Shown one piece after another: positions 60,720-64,000 of a stretch of DNA of 64,000 nt. Source of the DNA: Candidatus Dojkabacteria bacterium. GTDB taxonomy: Bacteria > Patescibacteriota > Dojkabacteria > J137. Position numbers and translations under genes: made by a program. How positions within the stretch are numbered: the first letter of the stretch is position 1; each line of letters begins with the position of its first letter. The stretch covers positions 633,924 to 697,923 of the forward strand of contig AP024679.1 of the NCBI GenBank assembly GCA_025999215.1, written 5' to 3'. The notes under the pieces were generated by a model, which was not told the origin of the DNA, did not search any database, and saw only the letters and a program-made list of their open reading frames with translations.

Positions 60720-61352
60720 TTAGCTTTCTAATGAGATGTTTGACAGAATATATCTCGTAAGTTTTTCTGCAGAATCAATACGATTACTTGTCAAAAGATC
60801 AACTTGTTTGCTTCCAATCTTTAACACCAATTTGCTTCCTGGAAAACAATACAATAATTGAAGTGTACCAAATAAAAAACTACCTAACAAAGAAATATCA
60901 TTTTCATTAATTTCCAAATTGATTTCTTCTAGCTTAAAAGGAATTGGCTGTTGGAGAAAATCATAATCCTTGTATAAATCTTGAATTATTGTATCTGCAA
61001 CTAGTTTTTCAGTTGAATCAAGTGATGAAACTGTAACCTGATTTCCGTTATGATCTAAAGGCACAATAGTAACTTTTCTATACAAAGATTTAATTAGCCC
61101 AAGTAACTTATTTCCTAGATTATCATCAATATTTTGATCAATTTCTTGTGTCCACGTTAATTTAATTTCTCCACCTTGAATTAAGTCTTGAATTGTAACA
61201 CCTTCAGGAAAATTTTCATCATAAGCATTTACTGGCAACCCTGCAGTGTGAGCAATTAAACTATTTATAATATCAACCAATTGCCCAACTGGAATTGCCT
61301 CATTATTATTATGTGATTCTGGATTCTTAAAAGATGGCATAATACAAAGCAT
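60720..61352 (-). CDS. Hypothetical protein (210 aa)
   Basis: ORF only. Confidence 0.4.
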   Translation of the reverse strand: MLCIMPSFKNPESHNNNEAIPVGQLVDIINSLIAHTAGLPVNAYDENFPEGVTIQDLIQGGEIKLTWTQEIDQNIDDNLGNKLLGLIKSLYRKVTIVPLDHNGNQVTVSSLDSTEKLVADTIIQDLYKDYDFLQQPIPFKLEEINLEINENDISLLGSFLFGTLQLLYCFPGSKLVLKIGSKQVDLLTSNRIDSAEKLTRYILSNISLES

Positions 61353-61447
61353 AAATTAAACACTTCGCATATGATTTTAGCATTATAAAAAAAAAGTGTC
61401 AATATAATTTTAAAATTTTTACCACTCTAATTTGTTAAAATTTGACT

Positions 61448-61476
61448 TTAATAATAAAATTTAATAGTTGTAAAAT
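61448..61476 (+). promoter_or_regulatory. Promoter for tRNA-Ser(CGA), TTAATA-17-TAAAAT
   Basis: -10 at 61471-61476, about 10 nt upstream of the tRNA 5' end. Confidence 0.4.
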
Positions 61477-61485
61477 TTACAAAAA

Positions 61486-61575
61486 GGAGAGGTGGCCGAG
61501 CGGTCTAAGGCACATGTCTCGAAAACATGAAGGGCAAAAAAGCCCTCGTGGGTTCGAATCCCACCCTCTCCGCCA
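61486..61575 (+). tRNA. tRNA-Ser (anticodon CGA), CCA encoded
   Basis: GGAGAGGTGGCCGAGCGGTCTAAGGC... with anticodon loop CTCGAAA, a long variable arm, T-loop GGTTCGAATCC and 3' GCCA. Confidence 0.9.
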
Positions 61576-61825
61576 ATTGGTATTCTGGGGGGAATTTAAA
61601 AGGGCACGCCAGCTGAGTTTCCCTTCAAATATTTTTACTTTGCTTGAAAAGTAAGAGAGCAAAAGCGGGTTTTTTCTCATCTTTGGCTTAAAAATTTGCT
61701 TGCCTTGAGTATTACTTAGTATAATGTTGACACATGTAAATATAAAAAATTGTAGTTTGCTATAACTAAAAATACTCACCCACAGGGGTGTTGAACGTTT
61801 CACTTGAGGAGTTAATAAAATAATT

Positions 61826-64000
61826 ATGGCTTTAAAAAAATCACAACTTTATAATAAAATTTGGCAAGCATGCGATGCGTTACGAGGTGGCATGGATGCC
61901 TCTGAATATAAAAATTATGTACTCACACTTTTGTTTGTTCGCTACCTTTCCGATAAACACGCCAACAACCCAAATAGCATTGTTGTAGTTCCTGAAGGCG
62001 GAAGTTTTGCGAATCTTTCTAAATTAAAAGGTAAGTCAAACATCGGGGAAGAGATTAATAAGGTTCTTCACAAACTTGCAGAAGCTAACAATTTAAAAGG
62101 AATAATCGACATTGTTGACTTTAATGATGAGAGTAAGCTTGGTAAAGGGAAAGAGCAAGTTGATAGATTATCAGAATTAATTGCTATTTTTGAATCAACT
62201 GAGCTTGATTTTTCTAAAAATTCTGCCGAAGGTGATGATCTTTTGGGAGATGCTTACGAGTATTTAATGAAAAACTTTGCCGTAGAATCCGGAAAAAGCA
62301 AGGGGCAGTTTTACACTCCAGCGGAAGTTTCTCGCTTAATAGCAAAGTTGGTAGAGGCTAGCAAAGCCACAAGTAACTCTCAGAATGCCTATGATCCTAC
62401 TTGCGGTAGTGGGTCGCTACTTTTGAAAGTTGCAACTGAAGCAAAGCCTGTCAATCTTACTCTTTTTGGTCAAGAAAAAGACAATAATACGCATGCATTA
62501 GCAATTTTAAACATGTGGCTTCATAATGAGCCAACAGCAGACATTAGAAAAGGAAACACTTTGTCAGAACCTGCTTTTACTGAAAATGGCGCATTAAAAA
62601 AATTTGATTTTGTGGTTGCTAATCCTCCGTTTTCCCAAAAAAACTGGATGCAAGGGCTTGATCCTGAACATGATTTATACGCCAGATTTGATGGCTTTGG
62701 TATTCCTCCAGCTAAAAATGGCGACTACGCTTTTTTGCTTCACATTGTTAAATCTCTAAAAAGCACTGGCAAGGGAGCAGTGGTTTTGCCTCATGGTGTG
62801 CTTTTCCGCGGAAACGCCGAGGCCCAGATCCGCCAAAGCTTGGTTAAGCGTGGTTATATTAAAGGCATCATCGGCCTGCCCGCAAATCTCTTTTTTGGTA
62901 CAGGCATACCAGCCTGCATCGTTGTTTTGGATAAGGAGAAAGCGGCCGAACGCCAAGGCATTTTTATGATCGATGCCTCAAAAGGGTATCGTAAAGACGG
63001 CAATAAAAACCGCTTGCGCGATCAGGATATTGAAAAGATTTTGGATATTTGGCAATCACAGGAAGAAATTCCAGGCTTTAGCCATTTTGCTACTTTGAGA
63101 GAGATAGAAAAAAACGAATACAACTTAAATCTTCCCCGCTACATTGAAAACATAGATCAGGAAGATGATCAATCAATAGAAGGGCATCTCTATGGTGGAA
63201 TTCCAACAAAAGACATTGAAAGCCTTAAAAACTTTTGGCAGGTTTGCCCTAAACTAAAAGATGAGATTTTTACGCCATTAAGAGATGGTTTTGTTTCTCT
63301 CAAAGTTGACACTGACAACCTTGGAGAAACTATCCAAGAAAGAGCTGAATTTTTAAGTTTTAAAAACAAAACTCAGGAGACTTTAAGGCAGTGGCAAAAA
63401 GTACAACAGGAATATTTAACTAGTTTAGACTCTGATGTTAGGCCAAAAGAAGTCTTTTTCAAACTAGGGCAAGCACTAAAAACTGCCTTTGCAGAAAACC
63501 CCTTGCTTGATAAATACGATGTTTTTCAAGTTTTGGCTGATTACTGGCAGGAGATAATGCAAGATGATGTGTATATAATTGTGAGCGATGGCTGGCTGGC
63601 AGGCAAAGAGGTAATAAGGCTTACCAAAGAAAATAAAAACAAGAAAAAGGCCGAGATTAAAGGCTTAGCCGGGCTTGAGGGTAGATTAATACCGGTAGAT
63701 CTTCTTATCAAAACATACTTTGCCGACACTTGGCAAGATTTGGAAAAGGCAAAACAAGACCAAGAAGAAGCAAAATCTCGTATGGATGAGATAAAAGAAG
63801 AGCATGGCGGTGAGGATGGTTTGCTCTCGGATCTTGCAAGCGAATCTGGCAATATTCCCAAAAAAGATCTTCTTGCCAGACTCAAAGAACTGCAAAGATC
63901 GCAAAATTTGGGTGAGTTAGATGAAGAAGAAAAGGAAGAGCTAGATGTTTTGCAAGAATATGCGCAAAATCTAGAAAAAGAGTCCCAAGCTAAAAAAGAG
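61826..64000 (+). CDS. hsdM: Type I restriction-modification system methyltransferase subunit HsdM (3' end outside the window)
   Basis: RBS GAGGAG. N-terminal MALKKSQLYNKIWQACDALRG, motif X GQFYTPAEVSRLIAKLV, motif I DPTCGSGSLL, motif IV NPPFS. No stop before the window edge. Segment 62750-63060 is about 50% GC. Confidence 0.85.
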   Translation, partial: MALKKSQLYNKIWQACDALRGGMDASEYKNYVLTLLFVRYLSDKHANNPNSIVVVPEGGSFANLSKLKGKSNIGEEINKVLHKLAEANNLKGIIDIVDFNDESKLGKGKEQVDRLSELIAIFESTELDFSKNSAEGDDLLGDAYEYLMKNFAVESGKSKGQFYTPAEVSRLIAKLVEASKATSNSQNAYDPTCGSGSLLLKVATEAKPVNLTLFGQEKDNNTHALAILNMWLHNEPTADIRKGNTLSEPAFTENGALKKFDFVVANPPFSQKNWMQGLDPEHDLYARFDGFGIPPAKNGDYAFLLHIVKSLKSTGKGAVVLPHGVLFRGNAEAQIRQSLVKRGYIKGIIGLPANLFFGTGIPACIVVLDKEKAAERQGIFMIDASKGYRKDGNKNRLRDQDIEKILDIWQSQEEIPGFSHFATLREIEKNEYNLNLPRYIENIDQEDDQSIEGHLYGGIPTKDIESLKNFWQVCPKLKDEIFTPLRDGFVSLKVDTDNLGETIQERAEFLSFKNKTQETLRQWQKVQQEYLTSLDSDVRPKEVFFKLGQALKTAFAENPLLDKYDVFQVLADYWQEIMQDDVYIIVSDGWLAGKEVIRLTKENKNKKKAEIKGLAGLEGRLIPVDLLIKTYFADTWQDLEKAKQDQEEAKSRMDEIKEEHGGEDGLLSDLASESGNIPKKDLLARLKELQRSQNLGELDEEEKEELDVLQEYAQNLEKESQAKKE

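Noticed and set aside
61442-61803. ORFs 61442-61654 (+) and 61477-61803 (-)
   Set aside because: They overlap tRNA-Ser(CGA) and its flanks, and both tRNA strands translate as open frames by chance.
62756-63904. Minus-strand ORFs inside hsdM (62756-62956, 63541-63885, 63686-63904)
   Set aside because: Antisense to a well-supported HsdM frame. Open only because of locally high GC.
1-64000. CRISPR arrays
   Set aside because: No regularly spaced direct repeats of 25-40 bp found. The only tandem repeat is the 8-bp AATTCTTT tract.

Overview
The window is AT-rich (about 30% GC) and its gene content looks like a reduced-genome bacterium, possibly a CPR/Patescibacteria-like lineage; that taxonomic reading is inference only.

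Backbone genes:
- DNA repair and replication: ychF (5' partial), mfd, uvrA, umuDC, radA, ogg, dnaE, mutS.
- Central carbon metabolism: a zwf-gnd-pgl-tal-pgi-xfp block (oxidative pentose phosphate pathway plus phosphoketolase), followed by a metallophosphoesterase and a YfcH-like epimerase gene.
- Heat shock: an hrcA-grpE-dnaK operon preceded by a CIRCE-like half-site.
- Translation and RNA: tyrS, rsmA, proS with a T-box leader, and three tRNA genes: Ser-GGA, Glu-CTC, Ser-CGA.
- Membrane and transport: an ABC transporter (ATPase plus a fused ABC-2/GldG-like permease), an MscS channel, a CPA2 antiporter, and several orphan membrane or secreted proteins.

Structure not explained by ordinary genes:
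1. A 2.36-kb ORF-free stretch between uvrA and tyrS (6444-8800). It carries at least four near-consensus sigma70 promoters on the + strand. Each is followed 55-120 nt later by a stem-loop plus T-tract, so it looks like a tandem array of small-RNA genes. The last unit has a perfect TTGACA-17-TGgTATAAT promoter and is antisense to the tyrS 3' end.
2. A degraded defence island next to tRNA-Ser(GGA). It holds an XRE regulator, a NucS/PD-(D/E)xK-like nuclease, an N6-adenine methyltransferase truncated just after motif X, a mazG-like pseudogene and a tyrS 5' fragment. It is bounded on one side by one copy of a 73-bp direct repeat.
3. A second tRNA-linked locus: tRNA-Ser(CGA) is followed by a type I R-M hsdM gene that contains a GC-rich mosaic segment.
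4. A tRNA-Glu-adjacent island (34.5-37.9 kb) of orphan ORFs with atypical composition and a strong promoter.
5. A striking number of apparent 1-nt frameshifts in hrcA, grpE, dnaK, proS (two) and radA (two), while six nearby ORFs of at least 2.3 kb are intact. This is either sequencing error or real decay.
6. An RND efflux pump gene broken into at least four fragments, next to umuDC.

No CRISPR array or rRNA gene was found.
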